A stretch of DNA of 57,336 bases, filler included, from Basidioascus undulatus (GCA_000826855.1; 4 parts of 4 records of this genome joined end to end with filler, not necessarily neighbours in it), one strand, 5' to 3'; numbered from the whole stretch's first letter, positions 38,639 to 49,793 are shown. Notes: generated from the letters alone by a model not told the origin. A program made the numbers and translations.

Positions 38639-39991
38639 CGGCGAGGGCCTCGAACATAGGGCGCTGTGCGGCTGGAACAAGCACTCCGAAGCTTTGTAGA
38701 CCCAGTTCGGCTTCGCAGGCAGTCGGTGGGACATGTCGAGCTCAGAATTGATAGTAGGGAGTGGACGAGTAGCATCGGCAACTGTGTAAGACAACAGGGA
38801 AGAGGGAGAATGCGACGGGCTGGAAACGGCGGGCCGTGCAGAGGGGGATCTATCGGCCTGAAAAGCAGGCTGCGGTCTGGGGTACTAAGGCGGGAAGGGT
38901 GGAGAAAAGAGGGATGGGAAGCCACAACCGGTCAAGCACAAAAGCACTGTAGAAAACACGCTGCGGTGCTCTTGCTGGTCTTCTGGAAGCAGGCTTGACT
39001 GACGATGCAAGCTGAGTGCAACAGATTGGCGTAGCCTAACGCCAATCTGAGGGAGAGCGGGCGACTTGAAATCAGCTTTACATGGCTGACAGGGTGAATA
39101 AGGAAACGGACGGAGGAGTAGCCAGCATCGTAGCGGTTCGCTAGAAAATGGTACATCACCTTGTAAACTAGTGTCAACAAATATAAAAGTTTCGAAACTT
39201 TGAATTGAAAAGCTTGACAGAGGCATCCACCATAACAGCCAAAGTCTGCACATGCTGCACCGTGCCAGAATGATCTTTACCGTCGAGCAGGAGCATGGTT
39301 CACCCAAAGAATGACATACCTGGCCGGCTGGGGAACTGCGGTGTGTCAATGTCTGTCGAGGAATTGTTCCGTGATACTGCACATGCAAGTGCGAAGACGG
39401 CGTGAATTGGGCAAGCCATGCCGGTTCGGCTTTTCGGACCGCTGGCGAAGGTCTCCTCGAAGACTCAGCAGAACGAGGACAGGTGGATACAGTCATAGAG
39501 GTACCCGAGATCTGATAAGAAGAACCAGGAGATAGTCTGGGTGGTGTGGATGTTGGAAGGTAAAAGAGTGAGAGGGAGGGCGGAATGACGAACAGGAAGG
39601 AACGGGAAGGAGCCCCATGTGTTGTAGGCGAAAGGTCACTGGCAGTTGAAGAGTCGTGGTGAGGAGGAAGATGAGATGCGAAAAGAATCAGGTCTTAGAT
39701 GTTAGACCGAGATATCCTGCATGTCAAAGTGTCAGACTCTTTTAGACAAACAAGGGGATAAGAGAATGTGACAAAGATGTACACACACAGCTGGTTAGGT
39801 CAAGCAGGAGCCACCCTGTCTGTGCCTTCACCCAGAAAGTGGTGAGGAGAAGGCGGCGAGAAAATGTAGGACGAGACCAAGAAGAAAAAGAGGGAGGAGT
39901 GTGTGGGCTCAACGAGCAATGAAGCATGCAAGAAGGCCAGAAAAAGAGTGTAGCGTCTTAGACTGCGCCGGCACATGCGGTTGTGACCACA

Positions 39992-40027
39992 TCCGTGACC
40001 GTGACCGTGATTTAACCGTGACCGTGA
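39992..40027. repeat. (CCGTGA)n short tandem repeat
   Basis: CCGTGA x3, TTTAA interruption, CCGTGA x2. Confidence 0.7.
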
Positions 40028-40789
40028 GCTTGCCACTGCCAGTTGCCTGCCAGCGACTTCGCCGATTGTTCAGCGTACTGGGCTCTGCGTACACACTTAC
40101 TGCGCAACTGTCACAGCGGACATTAAGTCGGAAAACAGGCTCCCTTGATCTTTTGCCAGGTGTCCCTTACGCTTCACTGCTGCTACAGCCATGGCAGCAG
40201 GCAACAGGCAACAGGCATGTATTTGTTCAGTAGTTCCGGCTTGCCACTTTTGTGCTGTTCCTCTTCAAATATTCGCTCTTATCTGCTGGTTTGATTTCTG
40301 TTTTTGTATGGGCGTATTTGGTATTGGCGCTTCTGTCTACTGGGTCGCTCCATGAAATTTCCGGCGTCAGTAGCAACCAACCTCAAAATCACAATGGCCC
40401 TCCTTGAACAGATTGGTTTCCGCAGCTTCCGCCGCTCTTGTCTCAATAATATACCCCCAATAACGTGAACAACAAGTGACCGCGGTACAAAGAGTATCTA
40501 CAATTTGCCATGCAATGCCTGGCAGTACAACGTGACAGGCCGGGCACCCACAAGAAGGCCATTCAATTGACGCAACACTCTTTGAGCGTCTTGTTCTGAC
40601 TCTTACTCGATCATCCTGCAATCAAAAGGTTTACTTCACAGCGTGAGTTGTGCTGATTGCTATCGAGGCAGAAACAGATAAAGTCACTACACTAACCCGT
40701 CACTGTGTCCATACCGGCCAAGATGAGATTGCACGACTTGGCCAGCTTGGCTCGCGAACGTTGTCAAATTCTGCCATAAAACGGGTTTA

Positions 40790-40866
40790 GAGCACGGATG
40801 CTTTCCTACCAAGAGCGTTGCTGATAACGCTATTTTAAGCCTCCTACAGTTCGTGTGCTGCGAAAC
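40790..40866 (-). repeat. Right copy of the perfect 77-bp inverted repeat
   Basis: Exact reverse complement of 30570-30646; lies just 3' of the amine oxidase remnant. Confidence 0.95.
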
Positions 40867-40949
40867 AAAGGCGCCGCGTGGTACAAGGGTAATGGAGCAA
40901 TGCATTATTTTCAGGCATTGAAGGAAGAGGACGAGGCAGTGAGGCTTTC

Positions 40950-41285
40950 ATTATTTTCTTGCTCGAGAAGCAGCCTTTCATAGATCTCTCATAGAGTACG
41001 AATTTCTTTGCCGTCTGGACAAGCCGCGGCACATCGATCGAAGGAGACTTGTCGAAGAAGTTGCCGGGTTTGAAGGTGACCCGGGCCACTTCCATGGGAA
41101 TAACAGGCCAGTCTGAGGTATGCACACCATGGTCAGTTGCCAGCCTTCGCGAGATTAGGAGAATTACGAGATTGGGAGAATGAAGTGGTCCGACTTCCCC
41201 ACCATACGGTTAGGCGCATGCCAGAGCACAACATCGCTAGACTAGATGTCCTTATCGCGCGCAGCCCAGCTTCGAATATTGTGGC
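40950..41285 (-). pseudogene. Copper amine oxidase (HPAO-like), C-terminal fragment only
   Basis: NIRSWAARDKDI*SSDVVLWH (TAG at 41242-41244), then HTSDWPVIPMEVARVTFKPGNFFDKSPSIDVP, matching the EDWPVMPxE...kP.nFF..nP.lDVP terminus of copper amine oxidases. No upstream NYE/D (TPQ) region seen. Confidence 0.8.
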
Positions 41286-43892
41286 ACCATGAGACTAGTT
41301 GGTGCAGTCTTCTGCAGGGTACAGCCTTGAAGGGTAATTCTGCAAAGGAACCAGGTGAGCCAGGGAAGGGTGAGGCCAGCACGACAAGGAGAAACAAGCA
41401 TGTACTCCCCGTGGCGGTATTTGGTCCCCAGATCTGCAGAATGGAAAGGATAGGCTGTCCTTTCAGTACCCGGTTGCCAGACTGAGTGCTAAGCTCTTCA
41501 GTCGGTACTTGCTATGTTGCAAGCACCAAGCAGAGGGGGCTATTTAAGCCGATCCCACTCAGACTTGTTGTGAGGGGGAGGCCAGCATGGGCCTCTGCGG
41601 TTGAAACGTACAGGAGGCGATGTCGCGATGAAGGTGCGTAGAAGGGTGATCTGCGAATATATTTGCCTGAAGTCTTTTAGAAAACCCTCCAGCACACCAC
41701 CAGTCATAATCTTGAAACGGATATCAAATCGATGGGCCCAGTCAACCCCCCTCCCGCGGCTTTTGAGGTCATGACGTCCTTGGCCGCTAGTTCCCTGCGT
41801 CCGTTTGTACTGGGCGCCCTTGCACCGGAGGAAGGTCGCACTGCGGTTTGAAACGTCACGCAAAAGGACCAGAGCGCGGAGGAGATCTTTCGTGAGGGGC
41901 TGCTCAAGGTGCGCAGTTTTGTCTCTGACTAGGTCGCAGTGACATCACGAGCGTTGAAGGTGTCGAGCGATGCTGTCCAGACGTTGTCACTGTGCACCTC
42001 GGAGGAGCTTCAGTTGGCTCTCGACGTCCTTCTCTCCCGTCGTCTTACACGCCTTCGGTGACACCCAATCCCAGGTCGACAGGTCTAGCCAGCGCGCTCT
42101 TGGCCCTGGCACCCTGGCACCCCATCTCGCCGTTCGACTTTTCGCTTATCACGGTGCTGATCCTGCTGTCCTTGTCGCCACATTTGCGGAAACGGGCTGG
42201 CCAGGCCGCATGCGGATGGATCCGAGATGGCCCGGAAAGCAAGCCACCAAGTCTTGGGGTGGTTCAAACAAACCAAGCCACCGGTTGACGTAGCGGAGCA
42301 GCTTGTGCAGGGCATTATTGGACGTATCCTTCCCTTCTGAGAATAAACTACCTTTCTCAAGTTTCCAGTTAATGTCTGCCCATAACAAAAAACCGGCATT
42401 TCTGCGCGTCACTGCGCGACCTTCTCGGGACTCTGTCGGATCGGAACATCGCTTCTAGCCGTTACGCAACTCGAGCATCACCATGAGTTGGCCTCCCTCG
42501 AACGCGTTTCTCCAACCTCTGCGAAGACTGCTTGCCGATCTCGACGCGGCACGGCTTGCACAATGGCTTCAGTCTCGCGCAGCTGTCGAGATACTGGCTT
42601 TCGCGACGTTATCTGCGCTCCGTGCTCGGTACCGTTCTGCCTGGGCCTTGATCGGCCTCCATCTGTCCTCACTCTTGTTTACCGCTTTCCAGGAGTTTGA
42701 GCGTGCCTCGGACAATGCACAACCCTCGTCCATGCTTCCTCCGACAGCTTCCGAACCATGTTCCAGCGACAAGTCTTTTGTTCCTCCTCAAGTCCGTGCG
42801 CCCGCTTTCTTTTGCGACATTGTAGGGTTCTGACAGATTTATCTCTCACGTATTGCACTAGTCCGCTGATCTGACGCCCCCTGCAAATGCATCCTCTACG
42901 TCGGTACGTCGCTTCAAAGTCGGGTTGGAAGGTCGTTTTCCAGTCCATGGCTGAGCGTCGCAGGTCCGTGTCTAATTTACCAGCCTGCGGGCCAAGAACT
43001 CGCTGTCTCTATCCAAAGGATGGGGACAGTGAATATCGACCTGCACCGCAGTCTATTCGCACTGTCTTGTTGGGCAATTTGGCCAAGACCAGGAGCTCCT
43101 GTATGCCGCGGGATATTTGCAATGTTTCTGGGGGCATATGTTACGCTCAGGTGTTTCAAAGGCCAGTTCTACTTGTAGGAGAACTCTCTAGAAGCTGTAC
43201 AGTGAAATGCGAACAGTTCAATGGACTTGAGCGGAAGGGACGCAGCAACCTCTTGCTTCCCTTCTTATCAGCCGAAGCAACTCACTCAAACATCACAGCG
43301 AAGATAATGCACCTATAGTTTCTGACACTGACGACTCCGTGCATTGCAAAGCATCTACACGCCTGAACCCACCGGCCGAGCCTCGCAATGTCGGCTTTGC
43401 CTTCTATTCGTCCCTTGTTATTGAGCCACTTTCTTGTGCTTAGCATACGTGAAAGTCCAGAGTGAGCAGCTTCATCTCGCTTGGAAGTGCCACAAACCAG
43501 CAGCGCCGGCGAGGTGTGCGTTTGAAGGAGGATGTCTTTCGTTTTATGCTGCGCAGCCAACAGCCACCGTAGCTCAGGATGTCTGTCTGCGAATCCGATT
43601 TCCTTGAGTCATGCTCATGCATATGCGGAATAGGTGAAGTCCGCATGTGATCCCGGAGAACAAGTCTACAGTTTCCGAGTCGCAAAGACACTCGAGCATC
43701 CGCGTCTTCCGCTCTCAGAGCACATCAAGCTGAATCGACTCATCATCGATCTTCAATCACTCCTCACCATCCAACCTCACTAACAGCCATCAACCGCCCC
43801 CACCTCCCGACCCACTCCTCAACCCTCAACATCGCCGCCGCCGTCACTCTCCTCCCCCTTCCCCCCTTCCTTCGTTTCTTTCTTCCTTCTTC

Positions 43893-43992
43893 NNNNNNNN
43901 NNNNNNNNNNNNNNNNNNNNNNNNNNNNNNNNNNNNTTAATTAATTAANNNNNNNNNNNNNNNNNNNNNNNNNNNNNNNNNNNNNNNNNNNN
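43893..43992. other. Artificial contig spacer
   Basis: 44 N + TTAATTAATTAA (43937-43948) + 44 N. Confidence 0.98.
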
Positions 43993-44564
43993 GTGGAAAG
44001 AGGGGGGACGCCATTGGAGGGGATGGGGATGGGCGTGCGGACGAGAGCGGGAGGACCTCAATGGTGAGAGGGAAGGTCAAGAGTGATTTGGGGTGGACGC
44101 GTTCGGGTCGCGTTTGATTTCGGCTGAGCCGGAGTTCGTAAACCCGCTACGCGCGAGGCATCCCGGAATATCATCCAATATCGGCCAAAGTGATGTAATT
44201 GGAAAAAGCCTGAGTGCTACTCGAGCTTTCCCAAGAGTCGACAGGCGCGGGCAGCACAGGGGGGCACTCTGCGTCGCTGCAGCTGAAGTGTCGCTTTCAC
44301 GGACCGACAGTTGCTCCGGGCCACAGAGCCAATCCACACAAAAAGAAATGGTCAAGCATATGCTCATTCCGAGGTGAAATTCATAAGAACCGATGGTCCA
44401 TCAGCGGAGCGAAGGGAGAGGTGTCAAAGAAGAGAGGGAGAGAGACCGTTTGAAGTATTTCAACGTAAGTCAGGTGAAAGCAGATGAACGTTTTCTAGAA
44501 GACGACGAAGGTGAGAGAAACTCACCTAGTGTTCCCTACGCATTGCCCGTTACGCATTCAGTTG

Positions 44565-46660
44565 CCTGCTGTCCAGGACACTTCCGTCATGGACAGTGTT
44601 CTGGCATGGACCGCTTTTTTTTCTTTTTGGGCATGGACAGACTTCTGTCCAGGACAGTTTTCCCGCCGCAAGAACAGTTTTCCCGCCGCAAGAACAGTTT
44701 TCTGGCAGGGGCAGGATTCTGTCCAGGACATTTCTCTGGCAAGGACAGTATTATGGCAAGGACCATCTTCTGGAAGGGTGGCATTCTGTCAATGACAGTT
44801 TCCTGTACAGGACAGTCTTCTGGCACTGACAGTTTTCAGTCAGGGACACTTTCCTGGCAGGGACAGAATTCTGTCTAGGACTGATTTTTTTGTGAGGACA
44901 CTGTTATATCAAGGACACTTTTCTGTCAGGGAGACAATTCTGGGGACACTTTTCTGTCCACTTTCTCATTCAGGACAGATTTCTGGTATGGACACTTTTC
45001 TGTCCAAGGCAGATTTCTGTTACAAAGTAGTTCAGGAGTATTGGAGCCCATGTGAGCAACCCCAGAATCATCACTATCCCTGGCATCTGCCTGGCTGCTG
45101 AATCACACTAATTCCACTGCCTAGCCACTGATCTGTCCACAGTGCACTGACATGGATGCACCTTTGAAATCGGTGCTCAGAAGGGTGTCTAGAGTCTGGG
45201 AATCCACATTGACATCACGGGAATCATCACTGTCCCTGACATTTGTCTGGCTGCTATATCTTGTGATCCCATCACCTGCCCACTGATCTGTCTGCACTTG
45301 CACTACATGAAGTGTGTATGAATTCTATAATATACAGAAGCTGGAAATTACTTTGGCAGCATATTTTGAGATGGTAATTTGAAGCAGGTGAAGCCAATCT
45401 CCCATGTGAGTCAGAATCTTAATTGACATGCAAGTTGCAACACATGAGCCAACTGCTGCATGTCAAGGACACAGCTGGCCAGAGAAATGATAACAGCAAG
45501 GCATTCAGTCAGGATGCAGAGCAACAACCAGGAGTGACTCTGTCAGAATGATGACCAGAAGCAATTCTGTCAGAATGACAGCAACCAGTAATTCTGTTAT
45601 AATGTCAACTAGTAGTGATTCTGCCAGAATGACAATCAGTAATTCTGACAGGATGACAATAAGTGATTTGTTCAGGATGACAATCAGTGATTTGTTCAGG
45701 ATGACAATCAGTGATTTGGTCAAGATGACAACCAGTGATTTGGTCAAGATGACAACCAGCAGCCATCCTGCCAGAATCTGTGCACAGTGATCTGATATCT
45801 ATCTAAGCCAAAAAAATAAAAATAAAAAAAATTGGAATCAGACGACAGGGAGCAACCCCTGAGCTGCTTTGATGCGGTGCAGAGATTAGCCCTCCTCCAA
45901 TCCATGTGGAGGCTCTGTCCTGAATGATTCTCTGGCAGTGAAGTCTTTCTGTCAGTGACACTTTTATGTCCTGGACACTTTTCGGTCATGGTCAGTTTTC
46001 TGTATAGGACAGGTTTCTGCCAGTGACACTTTCCTGTCAGTGACACTCTTCTGTCAGTGACAGTTTTTTGTCATGGACACCTTTCTCCTTTCTGTCCTAG
46101 ACACTTTTCCTGTTGTGGGCGCTTTTCTCTCAGTGACAGTATACTGTCTGGACAGGAATCTGTTAGAAACACTTTTTTGGCAGATAATTTTCTGTTGCAT
46201 GGTTTCTGCTATAGACACTTTTCTGGCAGCAACAGTTTTCCACCAGTCACAGGTTCTGTCAGTGACATGTTTTTAGTCCTGGAAACACTGTCATGGGCAC
46301 CTTCATCTGAGTCCCACTTTTCTGTCAGTGACTCTTAGTTGTGAGGGACAGGTTTCTGACATGGGAATATTTCTGTCCTTGTCACTGGTGTCTGCTGTGA
46401 ATACAGGGCAAGTCTGACACTCAGCCAGTGGTGGCCTGATTATCAACAAGTCAAACATATGTCAGTCAATATGCCTGTTCTACATGCCAGTCAACATGTT
46501 CCAACCCACACACCCACAGAGTTGCAATGACCAGTATCTCCCTTTTCTACAAAAAATACGCTGCATTCCAAACCTCTTCATCATATCTCCTAAGCCAACC
46601 ATTACTCATCTGCAGAATATATTTGCCGCTTCCCCCAACCTTATCAAACTCCCTCTAGCC
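44565..46660. mobile_element. CpG-depleted repetitive relic, probably transposon-derived, family not recognised
   Basis: About 7 CG dinucleotides counted by eye in 44701-46620, against CG-rich flanks. Arrays of TTTCTGTC-N3-GACA(G/C) motifs at ~44565-45020 and ~45925-46385, with internal tandem repeats. No transposase/RT motif, TIR or TSD identified. Confidence 0.55.
45540..45777 (+). repeat. 24/27-bp minisatellite, about 9 units
   Basis: Consensus CAGGATGACAATCAGTGATTTG(T/G)T; all unit lengths are multiples of 3. Confidence 0.9.
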
Positions 46661-47276
46661 ATGACTCACGTTTGCGGACGGCAAACCGGACCCTCGCCGG
46701 CCCGGCCCGGCGGCGCTGCAAGGGTCCGGCGAAGAGGCCGCGCAGGGCCTCGCGGGTGCAGCAGCGCGCAGCGCGTCGGGGGCGGACTGCGGCGATGGTA
46801 GAAGTTTGAAGTGCATGCAAGAGGAAGAACGGGAGGAGGGTTTTGTTTATTGTTTATTTTTCTGGTCATGGTTGGAAGTGGGCATGTTGAGAGCGGAAGA
46901 CAGCGAGAGACCTGAGAAAGCGGTGATGTGCTCGCCGCGTCGTGCCGCATCGTGCCGCGTCGTCCCTCGCTTAACTGTCGCGGGTGCTCTCTCTCCCTTC
47001 CATCCTCGCTCAAACTCTGCCGTCTTCCCCGACGCGACGACCCTTTTCGCAGCAATGCTCCTGCTCCTCACGGCCTCCTAACTATGCGCACTCCGACGTT
47101 CCCTGACCCTGTTCACAAGTTCACCCCCTGATTCGACGTACAGTACTTGGCACTTTGCACTACTCGCGATACCCTGCATCGACGGCATCCCCTCACGCTC
47201 CTTCCTCTCTGATTTTCGATTCCCATTCTACATACCCGACGCCACCACCTCTCCTGCTCCTCCTTCCTTCAGCGCT

Positions 47277-47333
47277 AATAACCGCACCACAATACCGTAG
47301 CCCGCCAATAACCGCACAACAATACCGTAGCCG
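47277..47333. repeat. 30-bp period tandem duplication just upstream of the protease ATG
   Basis: AATAACCGCAC(C/A)ACAATACCGTAGCC x2. Confidence 0.8.
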
Positions 47334-47359
47334 AGAATACACGCCGCCTACCCGTCGGC

Positions 47360-49793
47360 ATGCGCCCCCACCTCCCCCTCGCGCTCCTCGCCCTCGCGCT
47401 GAGCCTGCTCGTCGCAGCTGAGCCGGCAGACCCCCCGCGCGGCGTGAGCCGTGAGGGCGCGCGCGTACCGCTGGTGAGGTGGGACGTGCCGGAGGGCGGG
47501 GCGGGCAGGTTGAGACGGAGGGGGCAGGTGGGGATCCAGATTGGGCAGCAGCGAGGAGGGCGAGTCGCGGTCCTTCCTCCCATACTCCTTCCCCGCTCCT
47601 CCTCTTCTTCCCCCCTCCTCCACTCGGAGTCCCACAATCCCAGTCAAAAGTGCTAGACTCTGATTCCACTGTCGGGGCCCCCCAGCGCCTACTCGATCCC
47701 CGTCCGCCTCGGCCCCTCCACGCTCTATCTCTCTCCCGACACCGGCTCCTCCGACACCTGGGCGATCCTGCCCTCCTGCACGTCGCACGAGTGCGCCGAC
47801 GTCCCGGCATACGATCTCCCCTCCTCCTCCACCTTCCGTCCCGTCAACGCGAACCAGAGCGCCTTCGCACTCCGGTACGCGGACTCGACCGCCGCGAGTG
47901 GGCTGGTCGGCAGGGAGGACGTGGGGATCGGGAATCTGACGGTTGAGGGGCTGTTGGTCGGTGAGTGCCTAGCTTTTCACTTAGCACATAGTAGAGATAT
48001 TCGTGAGGCTGAGGGATGGCGCGCAGGGATGGTGAACCAGACGAACGTCACGCTCCAAGAGCAGGGCATCTCCGGCGTCCTGGGACTCGGGTTCGAGCGC
48101 CTCTCCCTCCTCACCTCCTTGCTCTTCACCGTGCCCCTCTCCTCCGGCGGCCTCCTCGTCCCTTCCACCACCTTATCCTCCCTTTCCCCAATCTCCTCCT
48201 CTCCTCCCTCGCCCTCCTCCCCGCCCCCCTTCAGCCCCTTCCTCCAAACCCTCTCCTCCACCGGGGCTTTATCCTACCCCCTCTTCGGGCTTCACCTTCC
48301 TAAGTCGAACTCAACGAATGCGACGCTTTCGTTAGGAGGTCTGGACGGTGATGTGGTGCGGGATGAGAGCATGCAAAGGATGATCGAGTGGCACGATTTG
48401 GTGCCCTTTGCACAGGTCCAAGGGGAGATCGGGGAGTGGTGGAGGGAGTGGGTGGTTAGGGTGCAGGGGGTGCAGGTTAATGGGACAAATGTTACGATTA
48501 CGCCGAGCTATGAGGAGACGCGGGGGTCGCTGGCGCTGCTTGATAGGTGCGTTCCTTCCCTCCATCCCCGCATCTCCTCCCCTCTTCCCCCATCTCCTCT
48601 TTCTCCCTCTTTCCCGCCTTTTCTCCCTCCCCTCTCCCCGCCATGATAAGCAAGTCTGACCACTCGCACCCGCAGCGCAACATCAGGCATCTCCGGCCCG
48701 CCTGGAGACGTGTTCAACATCTTCAACGAGATCCAGCTCTCTCGCCACGTAGGCAGTATGTCTTCTCTCCTTCCTCCTCTTCCTCTTCCCCACCTTCATC
48801 CCATCCCATCCCATCCCATCCCATCCCATCCCCGTCTTTCCTTCTCCTGCTCTTTTGAAGGGGAAGCTGACTTTGATGCCACTGAGGTGATCAGACGGCC
48901 AATACGCTGTCCCCTGCGACATCGACGTCCCCATCTCGTTCTCCTTCGGCGGGCAGCAGTTCCTCCTCTACCCGGAGGACTACATCTACGCGCGCGTGAG
49001 CGGGAGCAAGCTGATGTGTCTGGCTTGGCCCGTGGCTGCTGTGCGTTTACCTTTTCCTCCTTCCCCGTTCCTCCCCCCTTTCCTTCGTCTTTCCTTCGCC
49101 CTTCCTTCCTTCACCCTTCCTTCGTTCCTTCTATTTTTGCCTCAGAGGGAAGGGTGTTGAGGGAAAGTCAGAGGAGCAGGCGCTGATAGGATGGTGGTGG
49201 GCGAACAGCAAGCGGGCCCGGACGGCGTAGACTGGGTGCTGGGCACGCCGTTCTTGCATACCGTCTACTCCGTGTACAGCTTCGGCATCGCCTCCTTCGA
49301 GCCGCCCAAGATCGGGCTCCTCCCTCTCTCCTCCCTCGCCTCCGCCTTCAGCACCTCCATCTCCTCCCTCCCCACCTCCTCCTCCACTAAGCCGCCAACC
49401 GCCGCCCTCCCAACCCTCACCGAGCTCTCTACCACCCTAACCGAAGGCATCGCCCCCCAGCCGACCTATCCCTCCCCGCAGCCCTACCTCTTCGCCTCCC
49501 CCACGCGGCCCTTGCGCTCCTCCTCCCTTGACGGATACGCACCGAGCACCGTCCCTGCGCGCTTGAGCGCGGCGGAGGGAGTGACCGGTCTGCCCATGAG
49601 GGAGTGGGACGAGGAGCTGGAGAGCAGGATGGTCATGAAGGCGAGCATGACGGGCGCGGGGGAACCGTGGGGGCCGGAGGCGACGACGCCGACTGTGGTG
49701 GGGGCGGGTCCGAATGGGGCAGGGCGCACCATCCCTGCCGAGGTAGGACTCGCGGTGGGGCTGGGACTGGCGGTCGCGGTGGGGCTGGTATGA
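47360..49793 (+). CDS. Secreted pepsin-like (A1) aspartic protease with S/T/P-rich tail and probable GPI-anchor signal
   Basis: Signal peptide MRPHLPLALLALALSLLVAA; AYSIPVRLG..PDTGSSDTW; flap YADST; ISGVLGLGF; TLSLGGLD; ALLD|SATSGI; GQYAVPC; ISFSFGG; WVLGTPFLHTVYSVY..KIGL; hydrophobic C-terminus NGAGR...GLAVGLGLAVAVGLV*. Five introns. Confidence 0.88.
48796..48832. repeat. (CCCAT)n microsatellite in a protease intron
   Basis: About 7 CATCC units. Confidence 0.9.

Noticed and set aside
38885..39496. CSC...LARCSMCR on the minus strand as a MYND zinc finger remnant
   Set aside because: The remaining Cys/His ligands are not in the expected spacing; too weak to call.
44565..46385. Palindromic repeat arrays as a CRISPR array
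   Set aside because: Eukaryotic context, degenerate 16-20-bp units with no unique spacers, and no cas genes.
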